From: an uncultured Pseudomonadota bacterium
GTDB lineage: Bacteria; Myxococcota_A; Polyangia; Fen-1088
Direction: 5' to 3'
Assembly: GCA_963847705.1 (NCBI GenBank)
Contig: CAWKBC010000029.1
Span: 128,001-192,000, forward strand
Length of the DNA: 64,000 nucleotides
In this document: positions 1-8,887 of the stretch, piece after piece
Position numbering within the stretch: position 1 is the first letter of the stretch
How the letters are laid out: each line of letters opens with the position of its first letter
Program-made: the position numbers and the translations under genes
The notes under the pieces: generated by a model
Database searches by the model: none
Told to the model about the DNA's origin: nothing
The model's input: the letters and a program-made list of their open reading frames with translations, nothing else

Positions 1-1199
1 GCGGCGGGCGCAACGAGGCAGCGCCGGCCGGCCACGATGCGGGAGCGGTCGCGACTGGCGGTGAAACCGGGGCCGGTCCTGTCGCGGGCGGGCAGGCACC
101 GGCGGTCGACGGCGGCGTTGCTGCCAGCTCCACCCCGCCAATGAGCCCGCCGGCGCGCACCTGTCCGGCAGCGCTGCCACCCGGCGCGACTTGGACCGAT
201 GTTCCGCCGCCTGCGGGCCTCCCCAGCGGATTCTTTGCGACGGATGCTTGGTCAGCCGGCCCCGACGACCTCTTCTTCGTCGGCGCGGATCCCGCGGACG
301 CCATCGGCGATCCGTCGGCGGTTCGTCGCGTCCTCCACTGGTCGGGCGGGTGCTGGACGATCGAGCTCGCCGTCACGGGCAGTCTCGACGCACCGGCACA
401 GATCTCGGGCACCTCGCCCAACGATGTCTGGATCACCACCGGCGACGCCATCTATCACCGCGATTCCACCGGTTGGTCGCCCGCCGCGCAACTGAACGCG
501 GCGCTGGCCCCCGCGCCCGGCAACCTGCTGATTCTCGAAGACGTCCAGGCGCGCACGCCCGACGACGTCTGGTTCACGACCTCGGGGATGATCGTGCACT
601 TCTTGAATGGCCAGGTGACCACGACCGAGATCCCGGCGCCGCCGCCGGCCGACCCCTCCGTCCCCCCCATCGCGTTCGCGTACAGCGCCATCTCCATCCT
701 CGACGCGAACGACGTGTGGATCGGCGGGTCCGCCGAGCAGAACGCCAACACGATGCCACCGGCTTTTCTCTTTCACTTCGACGGTCAGACCTGGACCGTT
801 CACGGGCCAGTCGGTCCAATCACCGTGAACGTGCTCTGGCCGGCCGGTTCGCCCGACGCGTTGTGGGTCGCGGTTCCAGCGGCCTCGAGCCAGCTGTTTC
901 CGATTGTCGCGTTCGCCAACGACACGGTCACGCAGACGACCATCGCGAACTGGGAGGCGGGCGCCGACCTCATTTCGCTCTGGGGCCGCGCGCCGAACGA
1001 CATCTGGGCGGCCGGAAAGGACATCGCGCACTTCGACGGCACCAGCTGGTCGCAGGTCGCCGACGCGCCCGCCTCGGTGCGCGACAACACCGACGCGACG
1101 GTCTTCGACAACGCGGTGGTCGTGGGCGACGCCACCACCACCTGGTTGACCAACGCGGGTCCGGTCTTTGTCCGCAAGGCGGCGAGCGCGAGTCCGTGA
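1..1199 (+). CDS. Secreted beta-propeller-like repeat protein (DVW..G / HFDG..W repeats), probably 5'-truncated by the window edge
   Basis: The frame of ORF 141..1199 is open back to position 3 through a Gly/Ala/Pro linker. Repeated SPNDVW, TPDDVW, ANDVWIGG, APNDIWAAG and HFDGxxW motifs. Confidence 0.75.
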   Translation, partial: GGRNEAAPAGHDAGAVATGGETGAGPVAGGQAPAVDGGVAASSTPPMSPPARTCPAALPPGATWTDVPPPAGLPSGFFATDAWSAGPDDLFFVGADPADAIGDPSAVRRVLHWSGGCWTIELAVTGSLDAPAQISGTSPNDVWITTGDAIYHRDSTGWSPAAQLNAALAPAPGNLLILEDVQARTPDDVWFTTSGMIVHFLNGQVTTTEIPAPPPADPSVPPIAFAYSAISILDANDVWIGGSAEQNANTMPPAFLFHFDGQTWTVHGPVGPITVNVLWPAGSPDALWVAVPAASSQLFPIVAFANDTVTQTTIANWEAGADLISLWGRAPNDIWAAGKDIAHFDGTSWSQVADAPASVRDNTDATVFDNAVVVGDATTTWLTNAGPVFVRKAASASP

Positions 1200-1203
1200 G
1201 GGG
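1114..1203 (+). repeat. 90-bp direct repeat, copy 1 (3' end of the first gene); copy 2 at 2556..2645
   Basis: cggtggtcgt...gtgagggg aligns at 88/90 with 2556..2645. Confidence 0.95.
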
Positions 1204-1210
1204 GCAGCGA

Positions 1211-1627
1211 GCTTCGAAGCTCAGGTACTTCTGCCAGCGAGCGCCGCTCGGATGCACCGCCTGAAGTTGGTGGTGGCCTGGCGGCAGCGACTGGTGCACC
1301 GTCGACCCAGTACCGACGGGACGGCTATCAACGTAAAATGAGGTTCCCCGTGCGGCGGTGGTGAGGGGTACGAAGGCAACCTCCGGCGGCTCATTCCCCT
1401 CGGGCTGCGCCGGTGTCGCGCGCTCAGAGTGACGGCTCCCCCTGGGGTGAGATCGCCTCAGCCCTCGGCGGTGCCACCAGGTGGCCGGCTCTCAGTCGGG
1501 CGCGATGCCGGTGGCGCACCGCGGCTCTGGACGCCGGCATTGCGCTCGCCTCCGCGCCTCCGCCCGACATCGACAGCAGGAGGCCAAGCACCACCGCCAA
1601 GAACCACCCCCGTCCTGCACTCCTCAC
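1211..1627 (-). pseudogene. Frameshifted, 3'-truncated paralog of the PEGA-like gene at 5199..5651
   Basis: 1211..1667 aligns along its length with 5233..5692 (roughly 85% by eye). A 2-nt deletion (cggtgccacc vs cggtgtgccacc) breaks the frame, and the last ~10 codons are missing. Confidence 0.85.
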
Positions 1628-1816
1628 GAAATTCCAAGTTAGATCCTCGACACCCCAGCACCATGAGGGGCGGCGGCGATCGGGTGACGTGAACTCGCTG
1701 CGGCCGCTGCGGTCTCGTGCACGAGGCGGTCGAACTCTTTCCGCGCGCGGCGACCGACCCGCAACCCGAGGTCCGCGCTCATTCCGAAAACCGAGGCGTG
1801 GTTCTCCGGACCGAGA

Positions 1817-2425
1817 CTACGTCCCTTTGGCCAGCTGCACGACGAAGCTGTCGAAACAGAGCTGGCACGCGCTGCTCGTCGGAAGGAAGAGTCGATAGAG
1901 GATGGTGGGTGGCCGCATTCCTGGCACGGGCGTCGAAAAGATGCCCGACGGCGCGCCGCCCGAAATGAGGGCGAAGGCATAGGCCCCGTCACAGCCATTC
2001 ACCGAGACGTTCTCCGCCGAATAGATGATCGATTGGTCGCGCGCGACCTGCGCGCTGACGCTCGGATCGGTAGAGTCGGACACAGCGATGATCGGTGCTG
2101 GAACGGCGATGGTCTTCGCCTCGATCAACTGACAGTTCTTCGTCCCGTTGTCGACCGTTCCTGCGGTCCTGAACTCGACCGAAGCGCCCTGGACCAATCC
2201 ATCGTTGCCCGGACAGGGGCTCGTCAACCCAAATCCATACACCACCTGCGGATCGTAGGTGAAATCACCGTTCGGGGTATACGGCTCCACGATGGTCGCC
2301 GACAGGACCTCTCCGCTCGTGGTGAGGCCCTCCGGCGCGCAGAGGCGTGAGGCGCATCCGGCCACAGCCACGCCCACGACGACAATTGCGTTCGCGACAA
2401 TGAATGAACGACGCAGGCTAACCAT
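1817..2425 (-). CDS. Hypothetical lipoprotein
   Basis: Signal peptide with lipobox VAGC; paired cysteines; GC lower than the flanks. Confidence 0.7.
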   Translation of the reverse strand: MVSLRRSFIVANAIVVVGVAVAGCASRLCAPEGLTTSGEVLSATIVEPYTPNGDFTYDPQVVYGFGLTSPCPGNDGLVQGASVEFRTAGTVDNGTKNCQLIEAKTIAVPAPIIAVSDSTDPSVSAQVARDQSIIYSAENVSVNGCDGAYAFALISGGAPSGIFSTPVPGMRPPTILYRLFLPTSSACQLCFDSFVVQLAKGT

Positions 2426-2555
2426 CCAGCGATCCTAGCGTAGAACGACCCAGCAGCCGACGCGAAAGAGGTCGGGTCGGCAGTCAAGTGTTCAGGATAC
2501 AGAGGTTCAACGTGGCGCCCTGGGAGGTGTGAACCTCCTGGCAGCCCTTCCCCGT

Positions 2556-2645
2556 CGGTGGTCGTTGGCGACGCCACCACCACCTGGTTGACCAACGCGG
2601 GTCCGGTCTTTGTCCGCAAGGCGGCGAGCGCGAGCCCGTGAGGGG
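2556..2645 (+). repeat. 90-bp direct repeat, copy 2 (orphan 3' end of the first gene)
   Basis: 88/90 identical to 1114..1203. Confidence 0.95.
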
Positions 2646-2646
2646 C

Positions 2647-3057
2647 TCACGCGAACGGGTCGACGATCTCGATGCCTTCGATTCGCTGCCCCGCCTGCAG
2701 CTCCTCGGTGATCAGACGATCGCAGCCGGCACGGCGGGCGGCATGGACGATGAGCGCGTCCCAGAAGCTGAGACTGTAGAGCCGATGCAGCTTGATGCTT
2801 TCGATGATGTGGTCGGCGTCGACTGTGACGGCGACGAGCACGGAGAGAACCTCGACCTTCTTCTGGGCCGCCTCGGCCGCCACGGAGAGCTTCCGCGTGA
2901 CAACTGCGAAATACTCCTGCAGCACCTGCGTCGAGATCACCGCATCCCCGTTCGCCAGCGCGCCGATGAGCAGCGCCTGCGCCTTCGCTCGCTTCGCTCC
3001 GGCGTCGGCATCGTCCGCGTAGACGAGGATGTTCGTGTCCAGAAAGGCGCGGGCCAT
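2647..3057 (-). CDS. vapC: PIN-domain toxin (VapC family)
   Basis: FLDTNILVY...STQVLQEY...SFWDALIVHAA...LITEEL...IVDPF is a PIN acidic motif pattern; start overlaps the antitoxin stop. Confidence 0.92.
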   Translation of the reverse strand: MARAFLDTNILVYADDADAGAKRAKAQALLIGALANGDAVISTQVLQEYFAVVTRKLSVAAEAAQKKVEVLSVLVAVTVDADHIIESIKLHRLYSLSFWDALIVHAARRAGCDRLITEELQAGQRIEGIEIVDPFA

Positions 3058-3299
3058 CAGGACCGCCGGGGATCGTAGGCGTCCGATCGACGGATTCGCT
3101 TGCCCCCCGAGCGACCGGCCGATTGGGCCCAGAGTTTTCGGAGCTCGTCCGCGAGCGCTTCACCCGTCCGGCGTCCGGCGACCAGCTCGAGCTGTCGGCG
3201 GACGAGCTCGTTGAGCGTCGTCCCCTGGCGCTGCGCAATTTCGCGCACGCGAGCGACCAGGTCGTCGGAGAGAGCGATCGTCACGTTCATCGTGTACAC
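3057..3299 (-). CDS. vapB: Ribbon-helix-helix antitoxin (VapB/CopG-like)
   Basis: MNVTIALSDDLVARVREIAQRQGTTLNELVRRQL has an RHH pattern; lies directly upstream of the PIN gene. Palindrome cgtgtacacg at 3291..3300 is a candidate operator. Confidence 0.85.
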   Translation of the reverse strand: MYTMNVTIALSDDLVARVREIAQRQGTTLNELVRRQLELVAGRRTGEALADELRKLWAQSAGRSGGKRIRRSDAYDPRRS

Positions 3300-3456
3300 G
3301 GGATAAGTGTGCGCATGATACGTGTCAACCCGAACTACAGAAGGACATGAGGACCAGCCGCACCTCCGCGAAGCGCCCGATCGATCACACCGTCCCAGGC
3401 GTCACCGAGGCCTTTCTGCCCCGTCAGGAGAAGGTGATACGGTCGGCGCCAAGCCA

Positions 3457-5196
3457 ATGACCCGCAAGCGGCAGCGCGCGTGTCTGGGGACCTTGACCGC
3501 GGCCATCGTGGTGGCCGCCGTCGCCTGGACGGTCGGCTCGGCCACGTCGCTCTCGCACACGTTCGATGAGCCGCATCATCTGGCGACCGGGATCGAATGG
3601 TGGCAGTTCGGCACCTATCGGTGGTGGACCGAGAACCCGCCGCTGCCGAAGGTGGTGACGGCGCTCGTTCCGTATCTCGCAGGCATGCGGTTGCCGGCCA
3701 ACCCGACGGCGCTCAATCGCCGACCGTGGATTCCGGGCATCGAGTTGCTCGAAAACGCCCCCAGCTACGAGCGTGCCCTCATGCTGGCCCGGCTGGGAAC
3801 GGCGAGCTTCCTGCTGCTCACTTTGGGGCTGACGTTCGCGCTCGCGGGCGGGCGCAAGCGCCTGTTGTCGGCGTTCGCGGCCACCGCCCTGGTGGCCACC
3901 TACCCGCCCCTCCTCGGGCACGCGGGACTGGCCACCACCGACATGGCTGCGGTGGCCACCGTGCTCTTGTTTCTGTTTTGCCTCGATCGCTGGGCCGACC
4001 ATCCCTCACCCGCACGCGCGGCCGGGGTGGGCGCGGGCTTTGCGCTGGCAACGCTCTGCAAGCTGACGGCGCCAGCGTTTTGCCTGGTGTTGGGGGTCGC
4101 TTGGATCGGCGCCCGGCGCTGGGCGCTCGGCATGTGGACCGGTGGCCCGGCCACACGATGGCGCGCGCGCCTCGCTCAGGTGGCGAGCGCAGGCGCCGCT
4201 GCATTCACGGTCGTGTGGGCGGGTTATCGCTTCTCGGTCGGACGTCTCGACGATCTGCCGCCCATAGATTACCTCGGAACGCCCGTCCTACCGCCTCTGG
4301 GACAGCGGTCCGCGCTCTTGGCCTGGTTCTGCCGCTTGCGGTTGCCAATGCCCGAATTCTGGCACGGCTTCTTCTTTCTCAAAGCCCATGAAATCCATGG
4401 GCACTCGGCCTTTCTGTTCGGACGGGTCCACGATCGCGGCGGGTTCTGGGACTTCTATCTGGTCGGCCTGTTGTTGAAGTCACCGCTCCCGTTTCTCCTG
4501 TTGCTGGCGGCTTGCCTACCTGCCCTTCTGCGCAGAGGCCGCGCCCCTCTCGACGCGCGGGCGCTCGGCAGCGGGTTGGCCGCGCTGGCGGCGTTGGCGC
4601 TGTCGACACGGCTCCCCGTGAACATCGGGCTGCGCCATCTCCTGATCGTCGTGCCGCTGCTGGCGATCTTCACCGCCGGCTCCCTGACGCCCTGGCTCGA
4701 GGACCTCGCAGGCCGCTCTCGGATCGTCGCCGCGATCGCGTTCGGCGCGCTGCTGGTGTCGGGCGTGGTCACGGTCGAGCGGGCCCGCCCGCAGCTCATG
4801 GCCTACTTCAACCCGCTCGCCGGGCGCGAGCCGGGGCGCGCGCTCATCGATTCCGACCTCGACTGGGGCCAAGACTTCCTTCTGCTCGAGCGCGAGCTTC
4901 GCGCGCGCCGGATCCCGTCGGTGCACTACGGCTTCTTCGGAACCGTGAACCCCTGTGACTCCGACGGGCCGCAGCTCTTACCGCTCGTCCCCAAGGTGCC
5001 TGTGACGGGGTGGATCGTGCTCAGCGAACAGTTTTACCGCTCCGATTTCTTCGTGAGCTTCCGCCGCGAATCCTGCGCTTCGCCCCACTACAGTTTCAAC
5101 ATGGCTCCCGGAGACTCGTTCGACTGGCTCAAGGCCTACCAGCCGATAGCCCGGATCGGCGCCACGCTCCGGCTCTACCACCTGCCCGAGCGCTGA
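3457..5196 (+). CDS. GT-C fold membrane glycosyltransferase (ArnT/PMT-like)
   Basis: TFDEPHHL...ENPPLPK...LGHAGLATTD...IGLRHLL...DSDLDWGQD motifs and many TM helices. Likely start ATG 3457 within ORF 3322..5196. Confidence 0.85.
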   Translation: MTRKRQRACLGTLTAAIVVAAVAWTVGSATSLSHTFDEPHHLATGIEWWQFGTYRWWTENPPLPKVVTALVPYLAGMRLPANPTALNRRPWIPGIELLENAPSYERALMLARLGTASFLLLTLGLTFALAGGRKRLLSAFAATALVATYPPLLGHAGLATTDMAAVATVLLFLFCLDRWADHPSPARAAGVGAGFALATLCKLTAPAFCLVLGVAWIGARRWALGMWTGGPATRWRARLAQVASAGAAAFTVVWAGYRFSVGRLDDLPPIDYLGTPVLPPLGQRSALLAWFCRLRLPMPEFWHGFFFLKAHEIHGHSAFLFGRVHDRGGFWDFYLVGLLLKSPLPFLLLLAACLPALLRRGRAPLDARALGSGLAALAALALSTRLPVNIGLRHLLIVVPLLAIFTAGSLTPWLEDLAGRSRIVAAIAFGALLVSGVVTVERARPQLMAYFNPLAGREPGRALIDSDLDWGQDFLLLERELRARRIPSVHYGFFGTVNPCDSDGPQLLPLVPKVPVTGWIVLSEQFYRSDFFVSFRRESCASPHYSFNMAPGDSFDWLKAYQPIARIGATLRLYHLPER

Positions 5197-5198
5197 GA

Positions 5199-5651
5199 TC
5201 ACCAATGGATGATCAACTCGCGATCATCGCCCGCTTCGAAGCTCAGAAATTTTTGCCAGCGAGCGCCGCTCGGATGCACGGCCTGAAATTGGTGGTACCC
5301 CGGCGGCAGCGACTGGTGCACCGTCGAGCCCGTCCCGATGGGACGGCTATCAACGTAAAACGAGGTTCCCTGCGCGGCGGTGCTGAGGGTAACGAAGGCA
5401 ACCTCCGGCGGCCCATTCCCCTCGAACTGCGCCGGTGCCGCGCGCCCAGGGTGACGGCTCCCCCTAAGCCGAGATCGCGTCAGCCCTCGGCGGTGTGCCA
5501 CCAGGTGGCCGGTTCTCAGTCGGGCGCGATGCCGGTGGCGCACTGCGGCTCTGGAAGCCGGCTTGGCGCTTGCCTCCGCGCCTCCGCCCAACACCGACAG
5601 CAGCAGGCCGAGCACCACCGCCAAGAACCGCCCCCGCCCTGCACCACTCAC
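5199..5651 (-). CDS. Small secreted PEGA-like domain protein
   Basis: Signal peptide, then STAAQGTSFYVDSRPIGT...LPPGYHQFQAVH (PEGA-like). Confidence 0.65.
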   Translation of the reverse strand: MSGAGRGRFLAVVLGLLLSVLGGGAEASAKPASRAAVRHRHRARLRTGHLVAHRRGLTRSRLRGSRHPGRAAPAQFEGNGPPEVAFVTLSTAAQGTSFYVDSRPIGTGSTVHQSLPPGYHQFQAVHPSGARWQKFLSFEAGDDRELIIHW

Positions 5652-5737
5652 GAATGTGCAAGGTAGATCCTCGACGCCAGAGCACCATGGGGATCGTGGA
5701 CATTCTGACGCTCGCCGGGCTTGGGCGCGGCCAACCT

Positions 5738-5995
5738 CTACGCGCCCGCCGCCATCGCATCCGCCAGGCGGGGGAACTGGGGCCGAAAGCCGAGGTCTTC
5801 GCGGATGCGGCGGGCGTCGAGGAGCACGTCGAAGGGGCGCGCGGCGGCGGCGTTCGACCCGTCCGGCGGCGGCGCCCCCACGGAGGCGAACGGCGTGGCG
5901 AGGTCGGGGGCCTCGTCGTCGACCACGTTATAGATGCGATGCGCGGGCGACGGGGCGTCGAGCAGGCGGGCGACGGCCTGGGCGACGTCGGCGAC
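5738..5995 (-). pseudogene. C-terminal fragment of an NAD-dependent epimerase/dehydratase (extended SDR)
   Basis: Frame reads VADVAQAVARLLDAPSPAHRIYNVVDDEAP...LDARRIREDLGFRPQFP; the N-terminal part is absent. Confidence 0.7.
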
Positions 5996-6261
5996 TACGT
6001 CACGCCAGCCAGGTACGAGAAGGCTGCGCGAGCCGCAGTGGCAACTGCGTAATCAACCTGTCCACCGGATCGGATCAAGTTCAGTCGGCGCTGTTCACGT
6101 ACGACTGCGACCGCGACAGCCCCGGCGTCGTGATTCCCCGTCCAGAGCTCCAGCTGGTCGTTCGCTTCGGCCCGTCCTCGCGAAACGGTCTCGACGTCCA
6201 CGCCTTCGGCGCCCGCCAGAGGGTGCACCGAAAGCTCATCCGCCGCGGCCAGCGGAGCGCC

Positions 6262-7275
6262 CTACGGTCTTGGGGCTCCCCTGCGGCGACTGATCCGTGG
6301 CTTGGCTGGGTCGCCGGATTCGTGCGCGTGCCAGACGCGCTTGGCGTCCTTTTCCGCCTCTGCAAGCACGCGCTTCTCAGCAATCAGGTAGTTGCCCGCT
6401 TTCACGCCGCCGTTTGAAGACCAGCCGAGCCACTTCCCAAGTAGGTACTGGGGCCGATGTCGCAACTGGAACTGGGCAAGCCCTTCATAGCCGACTTGCG
6501 CCGGATCCCACCAGTGCCCCGTTACCAAGCGCCCGCCTTGGAGACGGGCGCACACCTCGTAGTGGCGGTTATCCTCTTTCCATTTGTAACGACCACGCAG
6601 CCGGTCGCCGAACACGGCGATTTTGACGGGCTGCTCGTGCCGAACCGAACCCTCGATCCACACGCAACGCATCTCCCCATCCCCACCTCCGATTGTCCTG
6701 CCCCACCGCCTGCGGAGCTTCCCTTCGGCACGTTGCATATGCCTCTGCAACCCACGGACGCCGTCTGCAGTCAGGTGGAACGCCCGACGGCTGCCGACTA
6801 TCGTCATCTCCGCATCCAAGCCGACCCACGTAATACCTTCGAGATCGCTGATCGGCGCACCGCTCGACCGCATCTTCCAAGGCTCTCTGGGTGGTGAGAT
6901 CGAATAAGGCTTCGGCACCGCGATACTCGCACCCATCGCGGGATCCCACCCAGCCGACCCCGCCTTCAGGACGAGCTGGAGGCAGTTGGCCATGCCCAGG
7001 GCCCCGCCGAACATACCCAGTTCGTACAGTACGTTGCCGCGGGGAAAATGACCCACTTCGTCTCTCGAGAACAAGAGATCATCCGGAGAGAGCAAGAAAA
7101 GCCCGCCATCATAGCGCCGCAGCCCGCGCTCGATGGTCTCGACTGTCATATTTCCGGGTACGAAGAATCCATCGGTCCATATCTCGCAGTCCGCCCACTC
7201 ACGGATCGCCCCCTTTACCTGCTCGGCAGCCTTCTTTGCTTCAATTGAACTAGCGACGAATACTCTCGGTTTCAT
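6262..7275 (-). CDS. Cap12/Pycsar-type TIR domain fused to a C-terminal beta-barrel-like domain; putative NADase immune effector
   Basis: KPRVFVASSIE...IWTDGFF...YDGGLFLLSPDD...PRGNVLYELGMFGGALG matches the TIR-like nucleotide-binding family with the catalytic Glu. The C-terminus is beta-rich (GYEGLAQFQL...LGKWLGW...VKAGNY). Confidence 0.85.
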   Translation of the reverse strand: MKPRVFVASSIEAKKAAEQVKGAIREWADCEIWTDGFFVPGNMTVETIERGLRRYDGGLFLLSPDDLLFSRDEVGHFPRGNVLYELGMFGGALGMANCLQLVLKAGSAGWDPAMGASIAVPKPYSISPPREPWKMRSSGAPISDLEGITWVGLDAEMTIVGSRRAFHLTADGVRGLQRHMQRAEGKLRRRWGRTIGGGDGEMRCVWIEGSVRHEQPVKIAVFGDRLRGRYKWKEDNRHYEVCARLQGGRLVTGHWWDPAQVGYEGLAQFQLRHRPQYLLGKWLGWSSNGGVKAGNYLIAEKRVLAEAEKDAKRVWHAHESGDPAKPRISRRRGAPRP

Positions 7276-7388
7276 GAGTGCCGTCACATTAGAACATCGA
7301 GCGCGCCGGCCGGGCTCTGTCTTTCGACAGCCTCTGACACTGTCGGCACACTATGGCTAGTACACGAGATCCCAAGTTCCTATCCAGG

Positions 7389-7703
7389 CTAAGGGGTTGA
7401 TGCGAGAAGCCAGGTGAAGTCCTGGTGGAGCCAGGCGACCATGTTGCCGCGTGGACCGACGAAGGGGATGGGCTCCCAGCGGTTGGAGTGGGTGCGTACG
7501 TCGACACGCCAGTTGTCGCGTTCCAGAAGGCGGAAGCGGAGCCGGACCTCGGGGTCTGTGGTCGGGCCGGACTCTACGAAGACGGCGTTTCGCACGACGC
7601 GCGCGCGAAGGTGCTTGTAGCCCAGGATATGCAGCAGCCGCTCGATTCCGGCGGCATCGTCGGCAAGGGTGGCGGGGGGCTTCTTACTCGTGGCTTTGGG
7701 CAT
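7389..7703 (-). CDS. 104-aa passenger protein inside the IS630 (tentatively DUF3024-like)
   Basis: MPKATSKK...RLRFRLLERDNWRVDVRTHSNRWEPIPF lies between the transposase stop and the left IR. Confidence 0.65.
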   Translation of the reverse strand: MPKATSKKPPATLADDAAGIERLLHILGYKHLRARVVRNAVFVESGPTTDPEVRLRFRLLERDNWRVDVRTHSNRWEPIPFVGPRGNMVAWLHQDFTWLLASTP

Positions 7704-7722
7704 CAGGGCCGGCCGAGCCACA

Positions 7723-8824
7723 TCAGGCGGCGAGGCGCGGACGTTGATGCTGATCGAACCGGCCCCGGAAAGTCCAGCGGAACGGATGGGCTTCCTGGCG
7801 GTTCCAATGTTCGATGAACGACAGGAGGCGCTTTTCCAGTTCACCAGGCGTCCGGAAGTCTCCGAAGCGAATCACGCGGCGCTGAAGAATCCCGAACCAG
7901 ATTTCGATCTGGTTCACCCACGATGCGTGGATGGGTGTGTACACAAAATGAAAGCGATTCCCGTGGCGGCGGTTGAAACGGGCCCACTCTGCGCCGCAGT
8001 GAATGTTGAGGTTGTCCCAGACGATATACACGTCGCCGGTCGGGTAGCGACGGGCAAGATCCTCCATGAAGGCCAAGAGGTCCGCTGCAGTTCGACGTGC
8101 GCGAACATGCGCGAAGACCTCGCCGGTGCGGATGTCGAACGCCCCGATCAGCGTCCGGGTGCCGCGCCGTACGTACTCACATTCGAATCGATTGGGTTGG
8201 CCTGGCCGCCCGGGACGCATCGGAAACCGGCGGCCCAGCGCCTGAATGCAGGTCTTCTCGTCGACGCACAGGACCGTCGCCCCTTTTGGGGGTCGAAGTG
8301 TACAGGCGGCAGATTCGGCGCACCTTCGGGCGGAACTTTGGGTCTGGGCTGTGTAGCCACAAGCTGACCCGATGCGGTCGCATTCCCTCGGTTCGAAGAA
8401 TCCTGCCAATCTCGCTTACGCTGAGCGTGTGCCCGGTTTCGCGCCGGAGGGCCTCTCGGAGCGTTTTGTAAGTCCACGTATCCCGAAACCGCATGCGCTT
8501 CTCGTCCGGCCGAATGCAAGCCAGCTTCACGAGTTCGAGGCGCACCTCCATCGGCACCCTCGACGGGCGCCCGCTACGAGGCATGTCGCACAGATCATCG
8601 AGGTCCCCGCTCCCCATGAACCGATCCCGCCACTGGCGAACCGTCACCCGCGTCGTGGAGAGCCGCCGAGCCACTTCCGCCACCGAAATCCCCGACGCCA
8701 GCATCAGGATGATCCGCGCCCGTAGGCCAGTCCGATACTCCACCCGCTGGCCGCGCACCAACGCCATCAGCGCCTTTCGCTGCTGTCGCGTCACCTTCAG
8801 CCGACCTTGCTGCGGTCTTGCCAT
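7723..8824 (-). pseudogene. IS630 DDE transposase split by a 1-nt insertion near 8299
   Basis: OrfA (8177..8824) holds the HTHs. OrfB (7723..8409) has VLCVDEKT, YVRRGT, IVWDNLNIH and TPIHASWVNQIEIWF. Deleting one A restores the canonical LYLRPPKGATVLCVDEK. Confidence 0.9.
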
Positions 8825-8887
8825 ACCGCAGCGATCGATCTCGCCTCGATTCTATTCCCGACGGTCAGGAACTTTCGGTCTCACGAA

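Noticed and set aside
1639-1817. Possible gene fragment (MSADLGLRVGRRARKEFDRLVHE...)
   Set aside because: Too short to assign from sequence alone.
2500-2545. Integron attC site (gaggttca...tgaacctc)
   Set aside because: Only an 8-bp inverted repeat; no RYYYAAC/GTTRRRY boxes, no array and no IntI.
8275-8305. Programmed -1 frameshift in the IS630 transposase at CCCCCAAAAGGGG
   Set aside because: Joining OrfA to OrfB needs a +1 shift. Removing one A at ~8299 restores the canonical LYLRPP motif, so a point insertion or sequencing error is simpler.
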